A stretch of 64,000 nt of DNA from an uncultured Poribacteria bacterium. Lineage in GTDB: Bacteria; Poribacteria; WGA-4E; WGA-3G. The stretch lies in NCBI GenBank assembly GCA_951813565.1, contig OX638351.1:1888001-1952000 (forward strand), written 5' to 3'. Within the stretch, counting starts at the first letter, position 1; each line of letters opens with the position of its first letter. The translations under genes and the position numbers were made by a program. Positions 10,301-19,979 of this stretch are shown here, in pieces. A model generated the notes under the pieces. The model ran no database searches. It was not told where the DNA came from and was given only the letters and a program-made list of their open reading frames with translations.

Positions 10301-13017
10301 AATGTGCCATCTTCAACCAACGTTTCCTCTGTCGTGGGATGTATGACAGGTTCCACGGTGACACGACCACTAATTTTGAAACTGATGGTTCCTGCGTCTG
10401 TGGTAAATTTGAGGATACCGTGCGTTGTGCCGCAATCATCTTCGGTAATCATAACATCTTGCGCAACATCAACAAGTTTCCGCGTGAGGTACCCAGAGGC
10501 AGCGGTTTTCATAGCGGTATCCACCAACCCCTTCCGTGACCCATAGGTTGAGGTAAAGTAATCAAGTACATCCAAGCCTTCCCGATAAGAAGATTGAATC
10601 GGTGTAGACAGAATCTCACCACTCTGCTTAGATTTCAGTCCAACGATAGCACTAATTTGGATAAATGGATTTTTGCGAGCGCGGGCACCACTGTCTGCCA
10701 TCAGATGCACAGGGCTAAAACCTTCAACCTCTTTACCTTGTTCAACCAGATACGTTTCTGTCGTCGGAAGCTCGGTAAACAGCGTCTCTTCAATTTTTTC
10801 GACAGCATCATACCATATCCGAATTTTCTGGTTCTCTAATTCCTCTGCCTCAAGGTTTTCTTCCTCGCTTAAACGTTCAATTTGTTTGCTTGCCGCAGTG
10901 AGGATTTTCGTTTTATCAAGCGGTATCAAGTAATCTCGTATACCAGGCGATATTCCGCTGCGAGTTGCGTACTCAAAACTAAGTTTCTGTAACCGATCTA
11001 ACAACGATACAGTTTCTGCGGTCCCAAGTTCATTAAAACAACGTTTGACAAGTTGCGACAAACGTCTACTGCGCGCTTCCTCATTGAAAAATGGCAATTC
11101 AAGTCCTGTAGTCTCATCTTTCCAAGTGAGTGAGGCGGTGCCGTTTGTATGCGGAAGAACCTCATTAAAAATCACACGTCCAACGGTCGTGAGGATTGGT
11201 TCATGATGTCCTTTGAAGAACAGTAGAACAGAATCATGCAGTTTGAGCGTGCCACAACCGTGTGCATGCGTCACCTCATCCACAGATGTAAATCGGCGCT
11301 TGGCCCAAACTTCATTTTCTAACGTAGCAAAGACGTTATCTGATTTGGCATCTCCTGATTTTTCTGTATAGGCAGCATGGAGTTGTTCTGCTCGTCCTTG
11401 GTGTTCTGGCAGTGATTTTGTTAGAAAACTCGCGCCTAAAATCATATCAAGTTCTGGCACTGTAATCGGTTCACCATGCGAAGGTTTGAGAATATTACCA
11501 CTACTGAGTAGTAACATTTTCGCTTCTGCGCGAGCTTCAATAGATAGAGGCACATGAACTGCCATCTGATCACCATCAAAATCAGCATTAAACGCTTTAC
11601 AAACAAGCGGTGGTATCCGAATTGACTTCCCTTCAACAAGCACAGGCATGAACGCCTGAATTCCGAGTCTGTGTAGCGTCGGAGGACGATTCAATAACAC
11701 TGGATGGTCAGCGATAACTTCCTCTAATGCTTCCCAAACTGGCGAGTCTGGTGTAACGTGTTCGGTCAGATATTTGCCACGTTTAATAGTCTGCACTTTT
11801 CCAGCTGTTAAAAGTTTCTCAATAATAAATGGCTTAAAAAGTTCAACAGCCATTAATTTAGGCACCCCGCACTGATGAAGTTCCAGTTCGGGTCCGACAA
11901 CGATGACGCTTCTGCCAGAATAGTCGACTCGTTTACCGAGTAGATTTTGTCGGAAACGTCCGACTTTACCTTTAAGGATATCAGATAAGGATTTGAGCGC
12001 GCGTTTACCAGGTCCAGTCACGCGACGCCCGTGCCTGCCGTTGTCCAAAAATGCGTCGACAGATTCCTGAAGCATCCGTTTTTCGTTTCGGAGGATGACT
12101 TCGGGAGACCGGAGATCAATAAGTTTTTGCAGTCGGTTGTTTCGGTTAATTACACGGCGATATAGATCGTTGAGATCACTTGTTGCAAACCTACCACCTT
12201 CCAAAGAGACTAAAGGACGAAGATCAGGGCTAATCACAGGAAGAACATCAAGGATCATCCAGTCAGGATGCATCTCTGCTCTGTCAAAACCTGCTACCAT
12301 CTTGAGCTGCTTTGAAAGTTTTACTTTTTTCTGGTGGCTTGAGGTTGCCTCAAGTTCTTCTGTGAATTTTTTCACATCTTCTGGCAGATCAATTTTGCGC
12401 AGGAGTTCCTGAATTGCATCAGCCCCTGTTCGCGCTCGGAACGAATCCGGATGTTCACGCAGCTTAGCATTCACCTCCGTCTCTGTAAGGATATCTTTTT
12501 CTGCCAAACCACAACTGTCATCAATGACCTCTATAACAATAAATGCTTCAAAGTAAAGAACCCGCTCAACTTGTCGGGAGGCAAGCTCAAGGAACGTGCC
12601 AAGTCGCGATGGGATCCCTTTAAAAAACCATATATGGGAAACTGGCGTAGCAAGTTTGATGTACCCAAGTCGTTCTCGTCGGACTTGCGATTTTGTCACC
12701 TCAACTCCGCACTGGTCACAAATAAGACCTTTATGCTTAATTCGCTTATACTTACCGCAACTGCACTCAAAATCCTTTTGTGGGCCAAACGTTGCTTCAC
12801 AAAATAAACCTTGATTTTCAGGGCGAAAACTCCGGTAGTTAATCGTTTCTGCCTTTTTGATTTCGCCGCAATCACATGTGCCTTTCTCGGGACACGTCCA
12901 CGTATCGCTTGCTGGGTTCCGCCGCCTACAAGATGTCCGTTTTGCCCAATCCTTTATCTGCTCAGGCGAAGCGATACTGATAGAGATACGATTAAATCGA
13001 TTTTCTTTGTCTGCCAT
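7399..13017 (-). CDS. rpoC: RNA polymerase beta' subunit with a very large trigger-loop insertion
   Basis: Zn-ribbon CSCGKYK..CDQCGVE, GRFRQNLLGKRVDYSGRSVI, NADFDGD, EPGTQLTMRTFHTGG, GLKENVILGRLIPAGTG; start placed at MADKE after an AAAGGAG RBS. Confidence 0.98.
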   Translation of the reverse strand: MADKENRFNRISISIASPEQIKDWAKRTSCRRRNPASDTWTCPEKGTCDCGEIKKAETINYRSFRPENQGLFCEATFGPQKDFECSCGKYKRIKHKGLICDQCGVEVTKSQVRRERLGYIKLATPVSHIWFFKGIPSRLGTFLELASRQVERVLYFEAFIVIEVIDDSCGLAEKDILTETEVNAKLREHPDSFRARTGADAIQELLRKIDLPEDVKKFTEELEATSSHQKKVKLSKQLKMVAGFDRAEMHPDWMILDVLPVISPDLRPLVSLEGGRFATSDLNDLYRRVINRNNRLQKLIDLRSPEVILRNEKRMLQESVDAFLDNGRHGRRVTGPGKRALKSLSDILKGKVGRFRQNLLGKRVDYSGRSVIVVGPELELHQCGVPKLMAVELFKPFIIEKLLTAGKVQTIKRGKYLTEHVTPDSPVWEALEEVIADHPVLLNRPPTLHRLGIQAFMPVLVEGKSIRIPPLVCKAFNADFDGDQMAVHVPLSIEARAEAKMLLLSSGNILKPSHGEPITVPELDMILGASFLTKSLPEHQGRAEQLHAAYTEKSGDAKSDNVFATLENEVWAKRRFTSVDEVTHAHGCGTLKLHDSVLLFFKGHHEPILTTVGRVIFNEVLPHTNGTASLTWKDETTGLELPFFNEEARSRRLSQLVKRCFNELGTAETVSLLDRLQKLSFEYATRSGISPGIRDYLIPLDKTKILTAASKQIERLSEEENLEAEELENQKIRIWYDAVEKIEETLFTELPTTETYLVEQGKEVEGFSPVHLMADSGARARKNPFIQISAIVGLKSKQSGEILSTPIQSSYREGLDVLDYFTSTYGSRKGLVDTAMKTAASGYLTRKLVDVAQDVMITEDDCGTTHGILKFTTDAGTISFKISGRVTVEPVIHPTTEETLVEDGTLITPQIAQIIEDAEVPSVRVRSILTCEADKGTCATCYGADLTSGQLANVGEAIGIIAAQSIGEPGTQLTMRTFHTGGVVEDMSERLARKILAKATGKVRFRDFIPGRTVREESGLWIVQQVAEHLDQPKYKVKTVEHPECKLQPDELLTEKQHEENRERFPGFEVEPIACQVIGVKRPDIIEANTESGFSLQEGQYLTEQEYNICFHKFSPFRCSEPHYRVKSVKHADTSLKEGTLLTESEAETWRSEIRPFDGEWVYQTKKGTILTESEYLRKQDSVKAEMMYQIQKVTHPSCPFKEGKLLSPEEESQYHLELDEPVYTLTEVSDGIDLAVDQELSAVEFRRAQETYKAFEVQRPSAELYRVKHVMHPECPLKPDELIEADKLEALRNKFSGFTAERLKYRITAVHHPDCKLEPETLLTENEKKAVLKAYPGFEVDVTKNEGAFEVERLYRVAASHHADFPVAVGELITQSESNRYRRNYKGFDFEKLYLHAPEGDEDKETMTESDYKALVKQHRDTDTPLPDVKLMYHVLAVHHDDCPFTAGQQIDETEYKRAQRLYKGFDTERVFKVTGVTAPDAEVAVGDILSDANYKKESASTSKNTYRVTKVTHPNCTLNVDQELKDWEYATALEQYAGVDVDGLIETFRVDIDIPGGGSVSHLIPAGYSVSVKDGQRVKAQHSLAELQEKTTNLDIVAGIPRVTELFEARRPKREDAAEIAEIDGHVQLTGQKAGVPQYRIVDGATKSRLYSIPDEKRRVDDGDWVKAGEPLTDGYLNPHDILTIGRTTLNGHSLEGEEALWAYLVDEVQAVYPTDSINDKHVEVIVRQMLQKIRILSVGDTKFYANDEVSRHKFHAENRRVEQEGGTPATGEPVLQSISKASLSTDSFISAASFQQTPKVLTDAAVEGQTDLLTGLKENVILGRLIPAGTGFSEWHELEVSRDAIDNPEPEELPEPVSEPEPIADTVEE

Positions 13018-13048
13018 TCTTTCTGCTCCTTTAATGGTTGTAGGAATG

Positions 13049-13135
13049 GCTATCGGCAATTAGCCCTCGGCTTTCAGTATAAGAGATATGTGATGTATGC
13101 CAGTCCCCTTACCGATAGCCGATAGTTGATAGCCA
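13049..13135. repeat. Inverted GCTATCG/CGATAGC heptamer repeats in the rpoB-rpoC spacer
   Basis: GCTATCGGC at ~13049 and CCGATAGCCGATAGTTGATAGCC at ~13112-13135 can pair. Confidence 0.45.
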
Positions 13136-13144
13136 TGTTTCAAA

Positions 13145-16100
13145 CTATTCGGCGTCATCGGTGTCCCACGTGAGTTTTAAAGGTGGTTCCTCATCTATGG
13201 GTTCCATTGTATCCAACGTGTGTAAGAGCGGGAATCCCGCTTCATGGAGACCTACTTGTTCTGAGTCAACATCTGCAGGGTCACCTTCAGATAATTCCAC
13301 ATTTAAACCAAGACTTTGCAATTCTCTCACCAACACGTTAAAAGATTCAGGGGTGCCGGGTTTTAAAGGACTTTGACCTTTTACAATAGATTCATAAATT
13401 TTGGTTCTGCCTTTTACATCGTCCGACTTGATAGTCAACATCTCTTGCAGTGTGTGTGCTGCACCATAAGCCTCCAATGCCCAAACCTCCATTTCACCGA
13501 GTCGTTGCCCTCCGTGTTGGGCCTTTCCACCCAGCGGTTGCTGTGTCACCAAGGAGTACGGCCCGGTTGAACGCGCATGCATTTTATCCGCAACGAGGTG
13601 ATTCAACTTGAGAAAATAAACATAACCAACTGTTACTTCCTGTCCGAACGGTTCACCAGTGCGTCCATCATAGAGTACGCTTTTACCTGTCTGTTTGACC
13701 TTATCAGGCAAACCCGTTTTCACCAACATGTCGAACACCTCTTCCTCTGTAGCACCGTCAAATACAGGTGAGGCAACATGCAAACCGAGTTCCTTGCATG
13801 CCAAACCTAAATGTATTTCGAGAATCTGACCAACATTCATCCGAGAAGGCACGCCAAGAGGATTTAAAACTATATCAACAGGAGTACCATCCGGTAGGTA
13901 TGGCATATCTTCTTCGGGTAAAATTTTGGCGACAACGCCCTTGTTACCGTAGCGCCCCGCCATTTTATCTCCGATGGAGATCGGACGTCGACTTGCAACA
14001 TAGACTTTGACAAGTTTCAAAACCCCCGGTTTTAACTCTTCACCTGCAGCGAGTTTTTCCAACGCGTCATCTTTTTCCTGCGTATAAGCATTAATCCGAC
14101 CAGTGGCGAGTTCTTGCAGATTCTTAATGTACGACACTGCATCTGCATCTGTGATCTGAAGTGCTTCCAATTGACTTTGCGACAGCACGTCCAGATATTC
14201 ACGCGTCAACACTTCACCTGCCTGCATCTGCAGAGGTGCTTCAGTGTTTTCCCCATCCTCAGCCTTACTATCCTCCTCAAAAGTTGTTGGATACGCGAGT
14301 TCTTTGTTGACCAAAGTCTCACGTAATTCTTCTGTCAAGCGTTCGGTAACTTGTGCACACTGTTCTGTCCAGGTTTGCTCAATTTGTTTTCGGAATGCCT
14401 CTTGCCGCCAAGCGGTTCGCTCGCTATTAGGGGTAGCTTGGCGAGAGAATACCTTTACGTCAATGACAACGCCTTCTACGCCTGGTCGGGTGTAAGCGGA
14501 AGCGTCTTTTACCTCTTTGACTTTTTCCCCGAAAATCGCTCGTAGTAGTTTTTCTTCAGGACCATATTCACTTTCCCCTTTTGGAGAGATTTTTCCGACA
14601 AGAATACTACCGGTCCCAACGACACTCCCGATCCGAATGATTCCTTCGTCATCAAGTTGGGCAAGGCTCCGGGCAGACATGTTTGGAATATCACGGGTGA
14701 TCTCTTCGTCTCCCATCTTTGTTTGCCTCGCGGCGACTTCGAATTCTTCAATATGGATAGAGGTGAACGTATCGTTTTTGATGAGCGACTCGCTGATGAG
14801 GATTGAGTCCTCAAAGTTGTGTCCGCCCCACGGCATATAGGCGCAAAGAACATTTCTTCCAAGTGCGAGTTCACCACCTTCAGTTGCTGTGCCATCGGCA
14901 ACAACATCGCCAGCTTCAACAACATCGCCTATATTCACGCGTGGACGCTGATGGATACAGGTGCCGCTGTTACTCCGCTTGAAGTTTTTCAGTTTATAGA
15001 CATCGTAGCCCATTTCACTGAAAGCATGCTCACCTTCTTCAAGATGAAGCGCTTGCCCAGTGCGGATCAGGATCTCTTCGGCATCAACGCTGGAGACAAC
15101 CCCATCACGTTGTGCGATGACCATAGCATTAGCATCACGCGCAGCGCGATGTTCCATACCGGTCCCAACCCACGGTGCCTCTGGACGAATTAGCGGTACT
15201 GCCTGTCGCTGATGGTTAGCCCCCATGAGTGCACGGTTAGCATCTTCATGCTCCAAAAAAGGCACAAGCGCAGCGGAAACACCAACAATTTGTTGCGGAG
15301 CGATACCGATGTAATCAATTTCTTTAAGCTCGCGCGGAAGCACTTCCTCACCTTTTCGGCTACGAAGTATTTTTGATCTACTGTGAGAAGATATAGCATC
15401 TGCAGGGGCAATGTGGTACTTGTCCTCTGCATCTGCTGTTAAATATTCAACATCTTTGGTAATTTTACCTCTGCGGACAACACGGTAGGGTGTTTCTAAA
15501 AACCCGTATGGATTAACACGCGCAAAAGTTGCTAAGGAAACTATGAGACCGATGGAGGGCCCCTCCGGCGTTTCTAAAGGACAGACACGTCCATAATGCG
15601 TGCGATGGACATCTCGCACGGCTGCGGTAGCACGGTCACGATGTAACCCGCCAGGACCGATCGCTGAAATACGACGTTTATGGGTGAGTTCATCCAACGG
15701 ATTAATCTGTTGCATGAATTGGGAAAGTTGGTTAGAGCCGAAAAACTCTCGGAGTGCCATCATGAGTGGCTTTGGATTCACCAAATTCTTCGGATTTTTC
15801 AGCTGTGCATCAGTGGTCGTACTTAGTTTTTCTCGCGCTGCTCGGCGCATTTGCAGCAGTGCCATGCGAAATTGATTCTCAAGCAGTTCTCCGATAACAC
15901 GCACGCGGCGATTTCCGAGATGGTCTAAATCATCTACTTCTCTGTGCCCATTTCGGATGTGCATCAGGTGTTGTAAAGTGGCAGCGATATCCTCTTTGCG
16001 AAGTACCTTTATCTCTTCTAATGGCATCTCACCGGATTCATCAATATAGATAGCTAAATCACCGAGTTGCGTATTGAGTTTGTATCTTCCGACGGTGCCT

Positions 16101-17170
16101 AAATCATAACGTGCGCCATCAAAAAACAGGCGTTCTAAGCAGGTTGAAGATGCTTCGCGTGTTGGGGCATCGCCAGGCCGCAAGGTGCGAAATATCTCAA
16201 GCAGTGCTCCCTCTTGCAATGTTCCACCTGCATACGCCTTAACCGTGTCACGCGAAAGCGTATTCCGCAAATATCGTAGTTCCTGTTCATCTGATTCCCC
16301 CAACACTTCCACCTCTGATATCTTAGCTTCGGTGAGTCGATCAAATTCTATTTCAGATAACTTCGTATTTGCTTCAAGCAAAACTTCGCCTGAACTGGCG
16401 TCAACCACAGGTTCCGCGATAACGCGTCCGATAACATCCTGCGTCATCGGAACGATCTCTGTGCTGCTGAAAAGTTTTAGGATTTCCGCATCTGTTTCCC
16501 AACCGAGTGCCCGTAAAAGGACGGTAGCTAATAGTTTTTTCTTTCGGTCTAATCGGACGTGGATGCAGTCCTTTGAATCAAACTCAAATTCTATCCATGC
16601 GCCTCGATAGGGAATAATCTGGCCTGTTGGGAGTTTCTGCACACTTGCTGCATGCGATTTATCAAGAAAAATTACGCCTGGAGACCGATGTAACTGGTTT
16701 ACAATCACACGTTCGGACCCGTTAATGATAAAAGTTCCATTCTCAGTCATCAACGGAATATCACCAAGGTACACATCAGATTCGGTAATATCTAAAACAC
16801 GCGTTTGCCCTGTATCCTCATCCTTTTCGCGTTCGACGCGCATCAGGCGGGCTTGTAGCCGCACCTGATAGTTCAGGCCGCGTGCTTGACAATCCGAAAG
16901 ATCGTGTATGGGTGGACTAAGCGTGTAACTGACAAATTCAAGACTTGTCGTTTCTTTAAAATCATAAATCGGAAAAACTTCCTTGAACAGTGCCTGAAGT
17001 CCCATCGTCTCGCGTTCATTTCCTTCAACAAAACGTTGTAAAAATGCTGCGTAGGAACGCTTTTGGGTCTCAATTAAGTCAGGCAGTTCAAGCACCGATG
17101 GAGTTTTGGCAAAGGAGACACGTTGTCGTAACGCTGCTGAACTTCCATTAGTTTTAGTAGTATTGGGCAT
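13145..17170 (-). CDS. rpoB: RNA polymerase beta subunit
   Basis: [81 protein letters not shown]. Confidence 0.98.
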   Translation of the reverse strand: [1341 protein letters not shown]

Positions 17171-17609
17171 AAATTTTCACCTTGCGTGGGTCGCTGATGG
17201 ATTGAAGGGTTTGTCCGATTAGGCTGCTGTTTCTAACGAATTGACAGAGAAATACTTTCTGTTATCGGAAAAGGTGCTTACCAATAACAGATACTCAAAA
17301 ACAATTCTCATTACAAGCTATTGGGTTTTCTTTCACGACTTCTGTTGTTTTTGTGCTTGAATGTGCAATGCTGCTTGGGGTAGTGAAACATTCTGTTGAA
17401 TTGCGAATAGTTGGCGATATAACGGTTCACATAACTAACAATTGTGCCGATTCTCGTTCTTCAAAGTGAATACGAATTCGCAGAAGACCGAATATCCACG
17501 ATTTTGATGTAGGGTTCATCGTTAAGATTGTCACCGACTAACTGGATGCTTTTTTGCTGCCCAGCATCTTCCTGTCAGAGGGACAGTTGTGAATGCGATG
17601 AATCTGATT

Positions 17610-17753
17610 TATAGTGAAATCCATAATTATTTGGACATTTTGTTCTTATGCGGATTTCAAACACACCATAAATATAAGAGGCGCAATGAATTGCGCGACC
17701 ACAAACGCCGCTAACCTTAAGAAAATGTAAAGGTATTTTTAGATTTTACTATA
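17610..17753. mobile_element. MITE, TIR TATAGTGAAATC...GATTTTACTATA, with an internal REP
   Basis: Near-identical copy at 19836-19978; TA at both termini. Confidence 0.8.
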
Positions 17754-17976
17754 TTAAACATTATCAGGCAGTGGGCGCGAAAAAACGCTTGACCTCACAT
17801 ACCTCATAAAAGAAGCAAACGAAGTACTTGACAACCTGTGGCACAACACCAAACAATTATTAATATTTTTCATTTGATTTCAAAAACAGTTGCCTATTTT
17901 TTGAAGAAGTTATATACTTCCCTATAAAGATGTTTCAATACATACTTTTCCTTAACTTCTTAAGGCGTAACGTATA

Positions 17977-18005
17977 ATTATACCTTAAGGTTTACAAAAT
18001 GTCAA
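17977..18005 (-). promoter_or_regulatory. Perfect-consensus sigma70 promoter pointing toward rpoB
   Basis: Minus strand TTGACA-TTTTGTAAACCTTAAGG(17)-TATAAT. Confidence 0.75.
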
Positions 18006-18118
18006 GAAAAAGCGCGTAAAGTTGTAAAAATTTTCAATTTTGACATATATTTCCCACAAAAGTTCGAAATTTCGGTTGAGGTATAGCACCATTAAATTAT
18101 TCAGTTACGCGCGAATTT

Positions 18119-18649
18119 ATGCAAACACTTAGAGAGCAACTACCTGTCAAAGCGATTATTGGCGTTCTGACAGCGGAACCGCCAATTCTGCCGAAGGTCT
18201 ATCAGCAATTGGCAGACCAATTCGGTCCTATCGACTATACCAGTGAACTTTTACCATTTACCAGTACAACTTACTATGAAGGCGAGATGGGACAGGGACT
18301 GCAACGCCAATTTATCAGTTTCAAAAAACTGGTTGATGCCGGAACGTTGGCAGATAGAAAGTTATTTACAAATCAAGTAGAACAAGCATTTGTACAAAAA
18401 GACACCTCACAGCGACGTGTCAATTTAGATGTGGGTTACGTCTGTATGGCAAAGTTGGTGCTTGCGTCAACAAAAGATCACGCGCACCGTATTTATCTCC
18501 GTGATGGTATCTATGCAGAAATTACGCTCCGTTTTTATCGTAAAACGTTCCAGCCGTGGGAATGGACGTATCCAGATTATCGTTCCCCTGCTTACATTGC
18601 TATTTTTAATCAAATTCGCACTATCTATAGGGAGCAACTTAACGTATGA
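18119..18649 (+). CDS. DUF4416 family protein
   Basis: YYEGEMG, RRVNLDVGY, LVLASTK..HRIYL..GIYAE, WTYPDY motifs. Confidence 0.8.
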   Translation: MQTLREQLPVKAIIGVLTAEPPILPKVYQQLADQFGPIDYTSELLPFTSTTYYEGEMGQGLQRQFISFKKLVDAGTLADRKLFTNQVEQAFVQKDTSQRRVNLDVGYVCMAKLVLASTKDHAHRIYLRDGIYAEITLRFYRKTFQPWEWTYPDYRSPAYIAIFNQIRTIYREQLNV

Positions 18650-19830
18650 ACACACATACACAAAAATCCAAGATAGGAACTATTGTTTGCGCTTATGCAC
18701 GTTCTAAAATCTTCATTTCTTGCATTATCTACACTTTTTTGGTACAACTCGTAAGTTTTATCGGGGCACAAGAAACAGAAACTCCCCGAGTGCGGGCGCG
18801 AGAACTCGGTATCCACATAGGCACGCTTCCTACTGGTGAACACAATGCTATTACGGACGTTACTGGTGTCAAAGTCGGACATGTTACGCTAAACGAAGGC
18901 GATTCAATTCGCACTGGCGTAACCGCTATACTCCCTCACGATGACATTTGGAAGGTAAGATTGTTCGGTGCGGCGCATACTATCCATGGCAACGGTGAAA
19001 CCACCGGCATTGCCCGAATTAATCAGGCGGGATGGATTGAATCGCCTATTTTGCTGACAAATACGCTGAGTGTTGGTGCTGTTCACGATGGTGTTGTGCG
19101 ATATATTGTAAAGCGTTACCCTGATGATAACATCGTGCTTCCGATTGTGGCAGAATGCTACGATGGTGTGTTGAACGACATCAGCGGACTCCATATAAAA
19201 CCGGAACACGCGATTGAGGCAATAGAGAAAGCAACATCTGGTCCGGTAGCAGAAGGTTGTGTCGGTGGTGGCACAGGTATGCGTTGCTACGGTTTTAAAG
19301 CAGGTATCGGTACTGCTTCGCGAGTTTTACCACCAGATGTAGGTGGGTGGAAAGTGGGTGTATTGGTGAACTCCAACGGTGGAAGACGGCACCAATTGCG
19401 TATTGACGGTGTGCCAGTCGGTAAGGCGTTGGAAGATAACCAATTGAAACCGGGCAGAGATGGATCGTTTATTATTGTTATCGCAACGGACGCACCTTTG
19501 ACACACCGCCAATTGAAACAACTGGCTATCCGTGCGACACACGGTCTTGCCCGCACAGGCACGCCGAGCACAGACGGCAGCGGCGAATTTGTTATCGCAT
19601 TTTCAACTGCAAATGTCTTTCCAAGCAACACTGAAACCGGGACTTTTCAGATTCAGATGGTCGTTAACAGACGTTTAAGTTTGCTTTTTGAGGCAGCTAT
19701 TGAGGCAACTGAGGAGGCAGTTATCAACTCAATGACAATGGCAACGACGATGACGGGGCGTAATGGGCGGACAATGCCCGCGATTCCGCTGGAGCAGTTG
19801 AAACAGGTGATGAAACAGTATGGGCGTTGA
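18646..19830 (+). CDS. DmpA-like aminopeptidase (peptidase S58/P1 family)
   Basis: NAITDVTGVKVGH, RTGVTAILP, EGCVGGGTGM, GIGTASR, DG/SFIIVIATDAPL autoproteolysis site, EATEEAVINS. Confidence 0.9.
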   Translation: MNTHTQKSKIGTIVCAYARSKIFISCIIYTFLVQLVSFIGAQETETPRVRARELGIHIGTLPTGEHNAITDVTGVKVGHVTLNEGDSIRTGVTAILPHDDIWKVRLFGAAHTIHGNGETTGIARINQAGWIESPILLTNTLSVGAVHDGVVRYIVKRYPDDNIVLPIVAECYDGVLNDISGLHIKPEHAIEAIEKATSGPVAEGCVGGGTGMRCYGFKAGIGTASRVLPPDVGGWKVGVLVNSNGGRRHQLRIDGVPVGKALEDNQLKPGRDGSFIIVIATDAPLTHRQLKQLAIRATHGLARTGTPSTDGSGEFVIAFSTANVFPSNTETGTFQIQMVVNRRLSLLFEAAIEATEEAVINSMTMATTMTGRNGRTMPAIPLEQLKQVMKQYGR

Positions 19831-19835
19831 GTGTT

Positions 19836-19978
19836 TATAGTGAAATCCATAATTATTTGGACATTCTGTTCTTATGCGGATTTCAAACACACCATAAATA
19901 TAAGAGGCGTAATGAATTGCGCGACTACAAACGCCGCTAATCTTAAGAAAATGTCCAGTTATTTTAGATTTTACTATA
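19836..19978. mobile_element. MITE, second copy of 17610-17753
   Basis: Visually aligns along its full length with few mismatches. Confidence 0.8.
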
Positions 19979-19979
19979 A

